From NCBI GenBank assembly GCA_020428105.1, contig JAGQNK010000001.1, forward strand, positions 1,830 to 65,829: a stretch of DNA of 64,000 bases, given 5' to 3'. The position numbers and the translations under genes were made by a program. The stretch comes from Candidatus Saccharimonadota bacterium (GTDB taxonomy: Bacteria > Patescibacteriota > Saccharimonadia > Saccharimonadales > JAGQNK01). Shown one piece after another: positions 19,004 through 29,128 of the stretch (the stretch's first letter is position 1; each line of letters starts with the position of its first letter). The notes below the pieces were generated by a model. That model was not told where the DNA came from, ran no database searches, and saw nothing but the letters and a program-made list of their open reading frames with translations.

Positions 19004-19411
19004 ATGGCAAATAGTAAAATGTCTCAGACGGCTCAGTCCAGGGCAAAGGCGGCAGCTACTCGAGCCGCAAAGCTTAAGGAAACTAGGGCAGGTAGTGCAA
19101 TGAACGGTTTTATGGATTTTGTGCGCAAACAAGGGGTTGTTGGCTTGGCTGTAGGTTTGGCGATCGGTACCCAGGCTGGTGTCTTGGTCAAAGACATAGT
19201 AGCTAGTATTATCACACCTATAGTTGATTTGTTGGTTGGTAAGGGTGGGCTGAATGGGTTGACCTGGAATGTACAAATCGGTAATCGTTCTGCGGTCTTT
19301 AACTTTGGCTTGTTGATCAATTCGGTTATTGTCTTTTTGGCTGTAGCTTTCGTGATCTATTTTGTTGTCACTGGGCTGAAGCTAGATAAATTGGATAAAG
19401 CCAAAGAGTAG
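19004..19411 (+). CDS. mscL: Large-conductance mechanosensitive channel
   Basis: FMDFVRKQGVVGLAVGLAIGTQAG..IITPIV; GGAGG Shine-Dalgarno sequence at 18993-18997 favours ATG at 19004. Confidence 0.85.
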   Translation: MANSKMSQTAQSRAKAAATRAAKLKETRAGSAMNGFMDFVRKQGVVGLAVGLAIGTQAGVLVKDIVASIITPIVDLLVGKGGLNGLTWNVQIGNRSAVFNFGLLINSVIVFLAVAFVIYFVVTGLKLDKLDKAKE

Positions 19412-19414
19412 TGC

Positions 19415-19810
19415 ATGCAACTCTCAGATGATGAATGGCGCAAGAAGTTGACTTCTGAGCAATATACTGTCCTTCGTCAAAAGGGCACGGAAGTGCCATT
19501 TTCTGGCGATTTACTGAACAATGACAAGACAGGGGAGTACCGGTGCGTAGCATGCGGAAACCTACTCTTTCGTAGTGATGCCAAGTACGAGTCTGATGTT
19601 GCTGGACTTGCTGGTTGGCCAAGTTTTGCGGATGTTGCTCAGAACGGGGCGATTGAACTAAAAGACGATGATAGCCACGGTATGCAACGCATTGAGGTGG
19701 TTTGTGCAAAGTGCGGCGGCCACCTCGGACACTTGTTCGATGATGCAGGCTCTCCAACCAATAAACATTACTGCATAAATTCCTGTGCCCTAGACTTCAC
19801 CAAGGGTTAA
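19415..19810 (+). CDS. msrB: Peptide-methionine (R)-S-oxide reductase
   Basis: Two CxxC pairs (CVACG, CAKCGGHLGHLFDD) and the C-terminal YCINSCAL catalytic region. Confidence 0.92.
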   Translation: MQLSDDEWRKKLTSEQYTVLRQKGTEVPFSGDLLNNDKTGEYRCVACGNLLFRSDAKYESDVAGLAGWPSFADVAQNGAIELKDDDSHGMQRIEVVCAKCGGHLGHLFDDAGSPTNKHYCINSCALDFTKG

Positions 19811-20541
19811 ATACCAAAGAATTCCTCAAGTGTTTGGATATTTGTTTTTTTCATCTCAGAGGCTAGTTCTTTGCCGACGTAGCGGATATGCCAAGGCTCA
19901 TATCGATAGCCTGTAATTTGATCTTTACTCTCTGGGTAGCGAACAATAAAACCGAACTTGTAGGCATTGGCGGCGACCCATTTACCTTCGGCTGTATTAC
20001 CAAAACAATCCTCGATCCCACAGCCTCCGCCGCCAATGTCGATACTCAGGCCGGTCTGGTGTTCGCTGTGTCCTGGCTTCGCGCTTTGAGTATCGGCCAC
20101 AGTTTGGCCGTACGTTTCAACTTCGCGGGCGTAAACCACCTGTTGAGTTTGATATGAGCGATAGCCACTCATAGGTTGCAGTGTAAGGTTTTCGGCACTT
20201 GCAGCTTTGAGCATTTTTGTAAGTGCGTTTGCTGCTTCTTGTCGCATCTGCTGTCCGTTGCCAACGGAAACTAAATCCTGAGGGGTGTAGGTTATAGGAT
20301 CAAATGACCTCTGTTTATTGACGATTATCCAAATACTCTGTGGGTCGTTAATTGAATGCGTAGTTTTGTCGAATACTGGTTTGGCCACGGGCTTATCGAC
20401 ATTATCGGGAGCTGTTGTATTAGAATGGATTGGATTTGTTTGTGTTTGTTCTGGCGGATTCTTGCGAAGCAAAAGTACCACTGTCGCACATACAATTATG
20501 AGTATGAAAAGTATTACGAACGTTTGATGGCGTTTAGTCAT
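19807..20541 (-). CDS. M15-family D-Ala-D-Ala carboxypeptidase (VanY-like)
   Basis: SGYRSYQTQ, SEHQTGLSIDI and EPWHIRYVG motifs with an N-terminal TM anchor. Confidence 0.8.
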   Translation of the reverse strand: MTKRHQTFVILFILIIVCATVVLLLRKNPPEQTQTNPIHSNTTAPDNVDKPVAKPVFDKTTHSINDPQSIWIIVNKQRSFDPITYTPQDLVSVGNGQQMRQEAANALTKMLKAASAENLTLQPMSGYRSYQTQQVVYAREVETYGQTVADTQSAKPGHSEHQTGLSIDIGGGGCGIEDCFGNTAEGKWVAANAYKFGFIVRYPESKDQITGYRYEPWHIRYVGKELASEMKKTNIQTLEEFFGI

Positions 20542-20601
20542 TACACTATCTAGTATATCGACAAGACGCTTGATTGCGAAAGGTGCGGTATAATATCACT
20601 A

Positions 20602-21156
20602 ATGGCCGACAAGAACACAATACCAACTCGTTTGCTCTGGGTCGACCTAGAGATGACTGGACTTGAGCCAGCTAAAGACGTGTTGCTGGAGATAGCGGTA
20701 GAGATTACGGATTTTAACTTCAAGACTTTAGCGAACTATGAAGCGCGTATCAAGCAGAAAAGAGATGTCGTAATTGACCGAATGCAAAAGAATATCTGGT
20801 GGCGTGATTATCCGGCCAATAGGGATGACTTTGTAAATAAGCTGGACTCTGGTAAGCCACTGGCAGAGGTTGAACAAGATATGCTGGTTCTGGTTGGCGA
20901 GCATTTCGGTAACGAACTAGCTGTGCTGGCTGGTAATTCCATATACAATGACCGACTATTTATCAAGCAGTGGATGCCTGCGTTTGATTTAAAATTACAC
21001 TATCGAATGCTCGATGTCAGTAGCTTCAAGATATTGATGCAGGGCAAACACGGTGAGGTGTTTGAAAAGGATTCAACGCACCGAGCCTTTGACGATATTC
21101 AGGCTTCAATTGCCGAACTACAGCATTACCTGGAATGGTTTCGTCACAACTCGTAA
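20602..21156 (+). CDS. orn: Oligoribonuclease
   Basis: LLWVDLEMTGL DEDD exonuclease motif, 184 aa. ATG lies 7 nt after TATAAT (20589-20594). Confidence 0.85.
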   Translation: MADKNTIPTRLLWVDLEMTGLEPAKDVLLEIAVEITDFNFKTLANYEARIKQKRDVVIDRMQKNIWWRDYPANRDDFVNKLDSGKPLAEVEQDMLVLVGEHFGNELAVLAGNSIYNDRLFIKQWMPAFDLKLHYRMLDVSSFKILMQGKHGEVFEKDSTHRAFDDIQASIAELQHYLEWFRHNS

Positions 21157-21226
21157 CTCTCTCGATACACAATATTGTAATATCCGCACAACTGTAGTAT
21201 AATATACTAGATTTAGTGGAGTTTTC

Positions 21227-22351
21227 ATGCAAGGAAACAACGAAGTTTTTGTGACCCAGCCAACAGACTTACGTCAACTTAAGCACAATGCTTTGCAAGC
21301 AAAGCTGGATGCTGTCGTTCAGTTGGGCGCTCTGGGGTCTGTGGTTGATGAAAGTGCTTGGCGCACAGTTGAGGATGAAGCATATTCAGCAATTCACGAG
21401 TATGCAGATGTGTATGGTGTAGCTGTTGACGAAGAAGGTATGGCTTTTAGGCGAGATTTTGCTACAGCGCTGAATACTAGGCTGAGAATAGGCATAAATC
21501 CATTAAAAAGTCAGATGATAGATGATCCTGCGACCTTTACGGAGCATGCGCGTCGGAAGGGTCTGTTGAGTGATCCAGCTAATGCAATTCCTGATAATGT
21601 TGTTGTGCGTTTTGATCGCGCAGTAGACGGCGTGGATGAAGTTGGCCTGTTTGGCAGACGCAGTGCCACAGGGGCGGTAGATACTGGGTCTGGGTTATTT
21701 AATGCCGTTGGGCCATTGACAGGCGCAGAGCACAGCATGCAAGCAACCCACAGCCAGACTATTCGCCAGAAGCTTGGCACTTTTGTGAGCAATATCTGGA
21801 CCGAAAGAAACGTCAGTAGTCGACAGGATAAAATAAAAGGTTATGTGGTAAAGGGTATCGCTGCGGTCGCTCTTGCCGGAGTGGCGGTGTTTGGTGTTGC
21901 GAAATGTAGCGACACGGTTGAAATGAAGTCAAGTGAAGAAGGAATTGCGACCATTTCAACAGTCCCTTCTACTACAGAGCCAGACTGGCAAATAGATTTG
22001 CCCACAACTACAACGTCGATATTGTCAGAAGTTATTCCCAATTCGCCAGTATCATCATCTGATATCACGACAGACGGACAAATAGAGACACTCACACCTG
22101 CGCCGGCTGAGATGATTGATTCTGTATCTGTCATGATCATACCGGAAGGCAGTAGCGTGTGGCGAGAATTAAAAAAATCATACTCGCAGCCAGGCATTTG
22201 TGATGAAGAAATGGACATGCGTATATTGGCCGCTTTGCCATCTTTGCGTCGAGACAATACACACATAAGTAATCTTAGCGAGATAAATATAGGGCAAGCT
22301 ATTACTATTGGCCCAGAGGCAATGAGTATTCTGGCGGGTACTCGCGTTTAG
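21227..22351 (+). CDS. Hypothetical single-pass membrane protein with C-terminal LysM-like segment
   Basis: Central TM (GIAAVALAGVAVFGVA) and an S/T/P-rich linker. The C-terminus IIPEGSSVWRELKKSY...INIGQAITIG resembles LysM. Confidence 0.45.
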   Translation: MQGNNEVFVTQPTDLRQLKHNALQAKLDAVVQLGALGSVVDESAWRTVEDEAYSAIHEYADVYGVAVDEEGMAFRRDFATALNTRLRIGINPLKSQMIDDPATFTEHARRKGLLSDPANAIPDNVVVRFDRAVDGVDEVGLFGRRSATGAVDTGSGLFNAVGPLTGAEHSMQATHSQTIRQKLGTFVSNIWTERNVSSRQDKIKGYVVKGIAAVALAGVAVFGVAKCSDTVEMKSSEEGIATISTVPSTTEPDWQIDLPTTTTSILSEVIPNSPVSSSDITTDGQIETLTPAPAEMIDSVSVMIIPEGSSVWRELKKSYSQPGICDEEMDMRILAALPSLRRDNTHISNLSEINIGQAITIGPEAMSILAGTRV

Positions 22352-22374
22352 GGTTGGTGTAAAATACGATTAGT

Positions 22375-22701
22375 ATGGACCATCAAACTGTCGAAACATA
22401 TTTGTTGAGTATGCCAAATTCTAGGTTAGATTATCCTTTTGGTGAAGGAGTGGCTGTATATAAAGTCAAAGATAAGATGTTTGCTCTGATTGCAGAGGGC
22501 AAGATGCCTGTGCGTATTAGTCTGAAGTGTGACCCGGAACTTTCGAAAGTATTACGCGAAAAGTATACCGAAGTCATGGAAGGTTACCATCTAAACAAGA
22601 AGCACTGGAATACTATTATTCTGAGTGGTCAGCTGGATTGGGATGAGGTTCAGGGTTTAATACGACACTCGTATGACTTAGTTGCAAAGCAGCTTAGTTA
22701 G
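22375..22701 (+). CDS. MmcQ/YjbR family DNA-binding protein
   Basis: DYPFGE..VYKV..KMFALI...ISLKCDPE...HLNKKHWNTI pattern. Confidence 0.7.
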   Translation: MDHQTVETYLLSMPNSRLDYPFGEGVAVYKVKDKMFALIAEGKMPVRISLKCDPELSKVLREKYTEVMEGYHLNKKHWNTIILSGQLDWDEVQGLIRHSYDLVAKQLS

Positions 22702-23290
22702 CATTGCCTTCAAGTTCAGGGTCGACCCCGATAATGATCGAAGCATTTTGGTATTGGATGCCTATTGCTTCTTTGAGGTTCTTGTTTACGCTTGTCTTAT
22801 AGGCGGTGTTGAGCTTTTTTTGGTAATCTACTAGCTCAGCCTGAATAAATTTCAGATAGACTTCATCAAAGCGGTTATTTTGAGTGGCATTGGTTAACAT
22901 CGCATCGGTTTTGGGATTCTCGGCGGCTTTGGGGATCTTTACCTTTTGAGACTTCAGCACAGTAGTTAGTGACGATTGGTCGCTTCGCAGGCTGAGCTTG
23001 GTAGTCATGGCTAAATTACGCGCCTCAATACCTTTGGCTTCTTTGATAGCAATATCAGATACGCGAATTATTTCACTCTGCTTGGCGGCTACGGCTAGCA
23101 GATAATCGGTGTTGGTTGGTTGATTCCCGGTTATCGACACGACTACGGAAATAATGATTCCAAGGATCAATATTCCACCACCTGCAAAAAGAGCAATTTT
23201 CTTCTTACTCATACCACTGCCGATACTTTTCTTTGGTGTGGCTTGCGGGTTAGTTATGAAATCATACTGATCATTCGGTTCCATATTCAC
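22694..23290 (-). CDS. Hypothetical membrane-anchored protein (198 aa)
   Basis: N-terminal TM (IALFAGGGILILGIIISVVV) followed by a soluble domain. No motif. Confidence 0.5.
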   Translation of the reverse strand: MNMEPNDQYDFITNPQATPKKSIGSGMSKKKIALFAGGGILILGIIISVVVSITGNQPTNTDYLLAVAAKQSEIIRVSDIAIKEAKGIEARNLAMTTKLSLRSDQSSLTTVLKSQKVKIPKAAENPKTDAMLTNATQNNRFDEVYLKFIQAELVDYQKKLNTAYKTSVNKNLKEAIGIQYQNASIIIGVDPELEGNAN

Positions 23291-23418
23291 ATATATTTAA
23301 CCACAAAAGGAAACATTTAAACAAACCAAGACTACTGTAATACATTATTGACAAATAAGCACTAGTGTGATAATATGATTCTATCAATAAATAAACAAAC
23401 AGAAGCAAATAAAACAAA

Positions 23419-24750
23419 ATGAAAGATAGAGATTCATCCATTCCAACATTAGAAGTACAGGGTCGTATGCTAACGCCTCAGCAAATGCTAGTAATAGGCG
23501 CATTGGCTACTACGTTGTACTCCGGTGCAGCCAATTATTTCAACGGTGAAAACGGCAAGCCAAAACTACCAGCGATTGACATAGAAATGGAAAGTCATCA
23601 TAAGGTTGTTGCTGAGCACGAAACTCCAATCACCGTTCAAGATCAGGATGGTTCTACTACTACAGTTGTTGACGGCAGACATGGTAGCGGTGATACAGTC
23701 GATTCATCTAGTAGGCAAACTCAAATAATTGCTGACACTATGACAGAGAGGTGGGCTCGACAGTTTGCTGATGATGCTGAGTCGGGTAGGTTGATTGATC
23801 CTGGAGAGATTGATATATTTGCTTCATCTGTAAAAACAGAGCTGGACCAAGGGTGGGTTATTGATGGAATGTCGTTTCGCGGAACGGCATCTGCTGAAGA
23901 TGATTCGGTAAATGAACGAGGAGTTAGGACGGCGGGCTTGCAGGTAACTACACCAGAAGCTGCCGCCAAACAGGATGAACTAGGAAATGAGCGACGTGAC
24001 ATAGGCACAATGCAACTTGCTGCGGCCTTGCAAGAAAGAGGCGTATCTGTAGACCCTGCGATGATTGACTTACTACCGTCTATAGAGGATGTTCTGACTG
24101 ATGACGAAGTAATTATGGTAGATCAATTGGCGCAGAGTTTTGGACATGTATCAACGACGCAAATGATAGAACAGTGGAACCGCGATCCAGCCTCGGTTGA
24201 TCCTGCCGTTGATATAGTGCTGACAGAATTTCTGGCTCAGGAACGAACTTTTCAGGTAGAAGTATCTATGTCTAGGACAAGCAGTGCTGAAGAAAGAAGT
24301 GTGCCGGAGTCAGAACAGGATACTGGTGATGATGGTGGCACTATTAAAGAACACAGTGAACATGAAGAAAGTGAAACCAGCAAATTCAGGTTCTTGCCAA
24401 TCATCATACCTGGCTATATTGCTTTTGCCATAGGTAGACGAAAGTTACCAAGCAACCCAACTCCACATATCGTTACTGAGGTGCCCGGCGCTGGCCCATT
24501 GCCCCCTAGAAAGACACCAGTTGAAGCGCCACCAACGCACAAACCACCAAAGCCTCCAGTTCCACCGACTCAGCGTGAACGATTCCCTCATCCAAAATCT
24601 GACCAAATGCCAAAATCACAAGTGACTGATACTGCTTTCCATCGAAAACAGCCTCGAAACCATAACTTTCATGGACGAGCAGGGCATATAGCAGGTGGTC
24701 CTGGACGAATGAGTCGTAGCAGGGGCGGCAATAGATCTGGCAAACGTTAG
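23419..24750 (+). CDS. Hypothetical protein with TM segment and Pro/basic-rich tail (443 aa)
   Basis: TTGACA/TGtGATAAT promoter at about 23349-23376. TM FRFLPIIIPGYIAFAIG, then a PPKPPVPP-rich basic tail. Confidence 0.5.
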   Translation: MKDRDSSIPTLEVQGRMLTPQQMLVIGALATTLYSGAANYFNGENGKPKLPAIDIEMESHHKVVAEHETPITVQDQDGSTTTVVDGRHGSGDTVDSSSRQTQIIADTMTERWARQFADDAESGRLIDPGEIDIFASSVKTELDQGWVIDGMSFRGTASAEDDSVNERGVRTAGLQVTTPEAAAKQDELGNERRDIGTMQLAAALQERGVSVDPAMIDLLPSIEDVLTDDEVIMVDQLAQSFGHVSTTQMIEQWNRDPASVDPAVDIVLTEFLAQERTFQVEVSMSRTSSAEERSVPESEQDTGDDGGTIKEHSEHEESETSKFRFLPIIIPGYIAFAIGRRKLPSNPTPHIVTEVPGAGPLPPRKTPVEAPPTHKPPKPPVPPTQRERFPHPKSDQMPKSQVTDTAFHRKQPRNHNFHGRAGHIAGGPGRMSRSRGGNRSGKR

Positions 24751-24861
24751 CTCGTGAACTGCATTACCGTGCAGTGCGCAATGACTTGACGACTGGTGCA
24801 CACCGGCTCTTTAACACGCTCATACTTGCCACTAGACGCTATCTGCTTGATACTTATCAAT

Positions 24862-26610
24862 ATGGATGCGGTAGAAGAGGTAAAATCCAGATTAGCCATA
24901 GAGGACGTCATCGGTGAGTATGTCCAGCTCAAACGTGCTGGGCGCAACTACAAAGGTCTTAGTCCTTTTGGTGCTGAAAAGACACCTAGTTTCATTGTTA
25001 GTCCCGAAAAGCAGATTTGGCATGATTTTTCGTCTGGTCGGGGTGGTGACATGTTTAGTTTTGTTATGGAGATGGAAGGACTAGACTTCAAGAGCGCACT
25101 CGAGCATCTGGCGCGCAAAGCCGGAGTTGATCTAGAGCAGTTTCAGACTGGCAGGAGAGCAGACTTCGGCAAGGTAAAAGAGCGGTTACACGAAGCCCAT
25201 GAGTTGGCCACCAAGTTTTATCAAGCACAGTTCAAACAGAACCAAACAGCGCTTGATTATATTTTCAAACAGCGCAAGTTTACCAAAGACGTAGCGTTGG
25301 CATTTCGGATTGGCTACTCACCAAACAATGGCACTGCGCTGTTGGACTTTTTGAAGAAAAAAGGCTTTACGGAAGCAGAGCTAGTGAAGTCAGGTCTGGT
25401 TACCAAGCGTTATCGAACGGCTAATGACATGTTCCGTGGGCGGATTCAGATTCCACTGATGAATGCGCAGGGTAGGGTTATTGGCTTTACGGCTAGACTG
25501 CTCGAAGACGCACCGAATGCTCCAAAGTATCTGAACACTCCTCAAACGCTTTTGTACGATAAAGGACGTCATGTGTATGGGTTACATTTGGCCAAAGACA
25601 GTATTCGCCGTTGTGGTTATGTTGTTGTAGTGGAGGGAAATTTGGATGTTATTGCCAGTCATCAGGCGGGTATTGCTCAGGTTGTCGCTACGGCGGGTAC
25701 GGCAATGACCGAGATGCATCTAAAAGCTTTAAATCGCTTTACGGGTGATATTCGACTAGCATTTGATCAGGATAGGGCAGGTTTGACAGCAGCCGAACGG
25801 GCAATTCCAATTGCTGGCAAGGTTGGCGTTAATCTGAGTATGATTACCGTACCTGAAGGTAAAGATCCTGATGAATTGGTAAAGAAAGACCCGGCGCTGT
25901 GGCGTAGCGTGATTGAAGACCAACAGTATGCCGTGGACTGGTTGATGGACCGCTATGCAGCGGAATTGGACCTGAGTACGGCCATGGGCAAACGTAAGTT
26001 TAGTGATGTTGTGCTTCGTGTGGTGCGTCAACTGCCTGACCAGGTGGAGCAAGAACATTACATCGGTGAAATAGCCAAAAGTGTTGGCGTTAGCAGACAG
26101 GCTCTTGAACAAAAAATGAATTCAAGCGAAGCTGTCCAGCGAGTAAGCCTCAAAAAGGGCAAGGCAACTCCTCGGACATTGGACCCAGCCCTTATTGACC
26201 GCAAAAAAACCCAGGATCAATTTATGTCATTGGTTTTGATGCAGCCACCACTGAGACATTATCTAAAGCCAATCACTTATGACATGCTGATGAACGAACA
26301 GGCTCATCAGTTACTTCGGTTTTTGCAGGACAATCCATTGTTCAATGGCGATTCCAAGGAAGCCGAGGCCTTGAGTGATGTGGCGGATTATGTTAAAATC
26401 TTAGGATTACAGTTCGATGAATTATATCGACGCCACGAGCTATTGGAACTTCGTAACGAAGCCGCTCGACTGCAGGAAAAACTCATAAAACAATACGTTC
26501 AAGCAAAAAAACAACCAATAACAGAGGCGCTGGCTCATGCTGAAGGCGATGAGTTAAAGCGTTTGCTGCAGCAGGTGAAAGACCTGGACAATCTACTAGG
26601 CAAATTTTAA
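24862..26610 (+). CDS. dnaG: DNA primase
   Basis: The N-terminal block AIEDVIGEYVQLKRAGRNYKGL.PF..EKTPSF and the TOPRIM block VVVEGNLDVIASHQAG. Start taken at MDAVEE. Confidence 0.9.
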   Translation: MDAVEEVKSRLAIEDVIGEYVQLKRAGRNYKGLSPFGAEKTPSFIVSPEKQIWHDFSSGRGGDMFSFVMEMEGLDFKSALEHLARKAGVDLEQFQTGRRADFGKVKERLHEAHELATKFYQAQFKQNQTALDYIFKQRKFTKDVALAFRIGYSPNNGTALLDFLKKKGFTEAELVKSGLVTKRYRTANDMFRGRIQIPLMNAQGRVIGFTARLLEDAPNAPKYLNTPQTLLYDKGRHVYGLHLAKDSIRRCGYVVVVEGNLDVIASHQAGIAQVVATAGTAMTEMHLKALNRFTGDIRLAFDQDRAGLTAAERAIPIAGKVGVNLSMITVPEGKDPDELVKKDPALWRSVIEDQQYAVDWLMDRYAAELDLSTAMGKRKFSDVVLRVVRQLPDQVEQEHYIGEIAKSVGVSRQALEQKMNSSEAVQRVSLKKGKATPRTLDPALIDRKKTQDQFMSLVLMQPPLRHYLKPITYDMLMNEQAHQLLRFLQDNPLFNGDSKEAEALSDVADYVKILGLQFDELYRRHELLELRNEAARLQEKLIKQYVQAKKQPITEALAHAEGDELKRLLQQVKDLDNLLGKF

Positions 26611-26628
26611 TAGGAGAAGCGCTAATTT

Positions 26629-27732
26629 ATGGCTGAAGATGATCAGAAAAAAGCCGAAGCTAAGGCTGCACTTATAGAAAAAGCTAAAAAAGACGGTAAA
26701 ATTAACCAACAAGATATTTTCGCAAGTATTCCTGAAACACCCGAAAATGCAAACATTCTTGATGAGCTGTATACCGAGCTGGCCGATGCAAACATTATGG
26801 TTGTAGCGCCCAACGAGCCAAAAGCAGCGCTTTCTGGTGATTGGGTAGACGAGGATGGAGATGAAGAAATTGACCTTAGTGAAAAGGTCATCATGGACGA
26901 TATCGCTGACGACTCGGTCCGTCTGTATTTGCGTGAAATCGGAAAAATACCTCTACTGAAAGCCGACGAAGAATTAGCGCTAGCACAACGTGTAGTAGCT
27001 GGTGACAAAGCTGCAAAAGACGAGATGGCCGAAGCGAATATGCGTCTGGTTGTTTCTATAGCCAAGCGTTATGTTGGTCGTGGCTTGGATCTACTCGACC
27101 TTATTCAGGAAGGTAACACCGGTCTTCTTAGAGCAGTCGAAAAGTTCGATCCTGATAAAGGATTTAAGTTCTCTACATATGCTACATGGTGGATACGACA
27201 GGCAATTACTCGCGCAATTGCTGACCAGGCTCGAACTATTCGTATTCCGGTTCATATGGTGGAAACTATCAACAAACTCTTGCGTACCCAGCGTCGCTTG
27301 ACTCAGGATCTTAACCGCGAACCGACCAACGAAGAAATCGCCAAAGAGATGGAGATTGATGTTGAAAAAGTTGAGCATATCATGAAGATCAAGCAGGATA
27401 TCAGTTCGCTAGATGCTAGTGTACGTGATGATGAAGAAGATTCTGTGTTGGCAGATTTCATCGAAGACGAAGACACAATCAGTCCTGAAGAATCTGCCAC
27501 CAATCAGCTGCTAAAAGAGCACGTCAAGGATATGCTAGGCAGCCTTACTGAGCGTGAGCAAAAGATTCTTAAGCTCCGTTTTGGGCTAGAAGATGGCAAG
27601 AGCCATACCCTCGAGGAAGTTGGCCAAGAATTTTCTGTGACCCGCGAGAGAATTCGTCAGATAGAAGCCAAAGCACTTGCAAAGCTACGCAAGCACAAGG
27701 ATTCCAAAAAATTACATGATTACATCAAATAA
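26629..27732 (+). CDS. rpoD: RNA polymerase sigma factor RpoD (primary sigma-70)
   Basis: Region 2 ([41 protein letters not shown]), RIPVHMVE, and region 4 ([24 protein letters not shown]). Confidence 0.95.
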   Translation: MAEDDQKKAEAKAALIEKAKKDGKINQQDIFASIPETPENANILDELYTELADANIMVVAPNEPKAALSGDWVDEDGDEEIDLSEKVIMDDIADDSVRLYLREIGKIPLLKADEELALAQRVVAGDKAAKDEMAEANMRLVVSIAKRYVGRGLDLLDLIQEGNTGLLRAVEKFDPDKGFKFSTYATWWIRQAITRAIADQARTIRIPVHMVETINKLLRTQRRLTQDLNREPTNEEIAKEMEIDVEKVEHIMKIKQDISSLDASVRDDEEDSVLADFIEDEDTISPEESATNQLLKEHVKDMLGSLTEREQKILKLRFGLEDGKSHTLEEVGQEFSVTRERIRQIEAKALAKLRKHKDSKKLHDYIK

Positions 27733-28300
27733 ACTAGAGATTATTGGACTGGCTGGAACGAATGGTAGCGGCAAAGACACGGTTGGTGAGATGCTGGCCG
27801 AGAAACACGGATATTTGTTTGTATCGGTTAGTGATTTGCTGCGCGTAGAACTAAAGCGGCGAGGGCTGCCAATAGAGCGCGAAAATCTACGCACACTGAG
27901 TGCAGGGTGGCGCCGTGAAAGTGGGCTAGGCGTTCTTGTCATTAAGGCGGTTGAATTCTACGAACAACAAAAGGCCAACTACAAAGGCATAGTCATGGCA
28001 AGCCTACGTAACCCTGGCGAAGCCGACGAGATTCACAAACTTGGTGGCACCTTGGTCTGGGTGGATGCCGATCCAAAAGTTCGCTATAACAGAGTATTTT
28101 CTAGGCAGAGAACTGCTGAAGACCGTAAGACTTTTGAACAATTCATAGCAGAAGAACAAGCGGAGATGCAGCATAATGGTGATGAAGCGACGCTGAACAT
28201 GTCTGCCGTGAAAGACAAAGCTGATATTATGCTACTGAACGACGGAAACGATATCAGTGCCTTCAAAAAATACGCTGAAAAAGTACTAAATTTGACATAA
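27716..28300 (+). CDS. P-loop nucleotide kinase (dephospho-CoA kinase / dNMP kinase-like)
   Basis: [12 protein letters not shown] Walker A motif. The start overlaps the rpoD 3' end by 17 nt. Confidence 0.5.
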   Translation: MITSNKLEIIGLAGTNGSGKDTVGEMLAEKHGYLFVSVSDLLRVELKRRGLPIERENLRTLSAGWRRESGLGVLVIKAVEFYEQQKANYKGIVMASLRNPGEADEIHKLGGTLVWVDADPKVRYNRVFSRQRTAEDRKTFEQFIAEEQAEMQHNGDEATLNMSAVKDKADIMLLNDGNDISAFKKYAEKVLNLT

Positions 28301-28326
28301 ACACATATTTGTGATAATATTTGTTC

Positions 28327-29097
28327 ATGAGTAAAAACGAAGCAATTACAAATATTGACACCAAGAAACCAATTAAGCCATCAACTCTGCGCAAGGCAGC
28401 ATTAGCTCTTGTTGGTGCTGGGGTGCTTGTAGCTGGTTGTGTCGACCAGTCTGACAAAGAGATTGCAAAACCAATGCCGGCAGAAGCAACTAGTAATATT
28501 CCTAAAAAAACCAATGATGGTAAAGTGCCAGGTCCTATCAACGAACCAGGCTCTCCAGATAATGCGAGTCTTGCTCCCGAGATCGGTAGTGCGGCTATGG
28601 TTGAAATGGCTACTACACCGGAGCAAAACGCAGAGTTCCAGATGTCAGCTACGACGCTCGCTACTTCAATTGTAGATTTGTACAACCAGGGCATAGGCAG
28701 TAAGAACTTTATTCATACTGACGAACAAAGCGGACGACAATATTTAAACGTTATTAACAATGCAACTGATAATAGTGGCTACTATGTGTTGGTGGTGGGA
28801 CTTCCTGCGCACTCACTTAACCCTAGCGAGGCAACAAGTGTCCATGTGTCAATGGTACAAGGTGAGGTAGATGACAACAGAACTGTTGATGTAGATGGCG
28901 ATGGTAATGTTGATAATCGACAAGCGTTGTATTCATTAAGATTACAGAACTCAGACAACGGCTGGATGATGAGTACCGAGGTTGATCCATCTGTAGATAC
29001 CTCTGGCTTGGATCCAAACGCATCAACTGTATCTCAGCAAACGAGCTTCGCTAAACAATTAGTACTTCGTGCTGCTGACGGTGCGCCGGTAGCGTAA
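28327..29097 (+). CDS. Putative lipoprotein
   Basis: Signal peptide ending in the lipobox LVAGC (ALVGAGVLVAGCVDQS). TGtGATAAT lies 8 nt upstream of the ATG. Confidence 0.6.
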   Translation: MSKNEAITNIDTKKPIKPSTLRKAALALVGAGVLVAGCVDQSDKEIAKPMPAEATSNIPKKTNDGKVPGPINEPGSPDNASLAPEIGSAAMVEMATTPEQNAEFQMSATTLATSIVDLYNQGIGSKNFIHTDEQSGRQYLNVINNATDNSGYYVLVVGLPAHSLNPSEATSVHVSMVQGEVDDNRTVDVDGDGNVDNRQALYSLRLQNSDNGWMMSTEVDPSVDTSGLDPNASTVSQQTSFAKQLVLRAADGAPVA

Positions 29098-29128
29098 GTG
29101 ATCGTCGATAAACAACTGGGATAGCTTT

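Noticed and set aside
24796-24861. The longer DnaG start (MHTGSLTRSY...).
   Set aside because: The conserved primase N-terminus begins at MDAVEEVKSRLAIEDVIG. The upstream 22 codons have no counterpart in DnaG.
26643-27065. A 140-aa minus-strand ORF inside rpoD.
   Set aside because: It is antisense to a certain rpoD, with Ser/Ala-rich artefact composition.
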